Assembly: GCA_001004905.1 (NCBI GenBank)
Contig: LCRY01000002.1
Location: 269,873 to 333,872, forward strand
DNA from: Parcubacteria group bacterium GW2011_GWA1_56_13
GTDB lineage: Bacteria > Patescibacteriota > Minisyncoccia > Phycocordibacterales > Phycocordibacteraceae
Direction of reading: 5' to 3'
Length of the DNA: 64,000 bases
The notes under the pieces are model-generated. The model worked only from the letters and a program-made list of their open reading frames with translations. It did no database searches and was not told the origin of the DNA. The translations under genes and the position numbers were made by a program. Below, piece after piece: positions 63,787 through 64,000 of this stretch. Within the stretch, counting starts at the first letter, position 1. Every line of letters begins with the position of its first letter.

Positions 63787-63834
63787 CGCGGGCGGGGCTT
63801 GACCATATATAGGTATACGCGCTATGAGTGGATT

Positions 63835-64000
63835 GTGACCAAACGACTGCTTATCGTGGAGTCGCCGACCAAGGCGCACACCATTCAGCATTACTTGAGC
63901 AAGGATTACACCGTCCTTGCTTCGGTCGGCCATATCCGCGACTTGCCGAAATCAAACAAGGACGCCGTTGATATCGAAGGCGGGTTTGTCCCACGGTACG
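63835..64000 (+). CDS. topA: DNA topoisomerase I, N-terminus only
   Basis: GTG start; [10 protein letters not shown]...[12 protein letters not shown] Toprim motifs. Confidence 0.93.
   Translation, partial: MTKRLLIVESPTKAHTIQHYLSKDYTVLASVGHIRDLPKSNKDAVDIEGGFVPRY

Noticed and set aside
1-64000. Alternative genetic code (TGA=Gly, code 25)
   Set aside because: TGA ends conserved genes such as dnaK and grpE at expected positions, and core ORFs are intact under code 11

Overview
A 64-kb chromosomal segment, almost entirely on the minus strand. The gene set points to a Patescibacteria/CPR genome (Parcubacteria, Kaiserbacteria/Adlerbacteria-like; inferred, standard code 11). The backbone is housekeeping: tyrS, grpE-dnaK-dnaJ, the infA-rpmJ-rpsM-rpsK-rpsD-rpoA-rplQ-rplM-rpsI block, alaS, leuS, serS, mnmA, mltG, ychF, dnaX, dusB, dprA, topA, a MacAB-like transporter, pilin-like genes and seven intact tRNAs. 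Small accessory islets are interspersed (toxin-antitoxin pairs, an McrB-N/NucS fusion next to a HEPN-like gene, NYN, Fic/Doc). The main unexplained signal is a set of short palindromic elements. They sit in frame inside essential genes (mnmA, alaS, leuS, dnaX, ung, ftsQ-like) and inside or beside tRNA genes. One family (CCCG(T)TAG...CTA(A)CGGG ends) occurs empty, carrying a whole tRNA-Ala nested inside another tRNA gene, and, with related ends, carrying a GIY-YIG nuclease gene that is a candidate mobiliser. Other points: core genes look leaderless while orphan genes carry Shine-Dalgarno sites and their own terminators, a TA module is inserted at a duplicated rpsI 3' end, and rpoA has a frameshifting deletion that may be an assembly error. 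All family assignments are from motif recognition by eye, not database searches.
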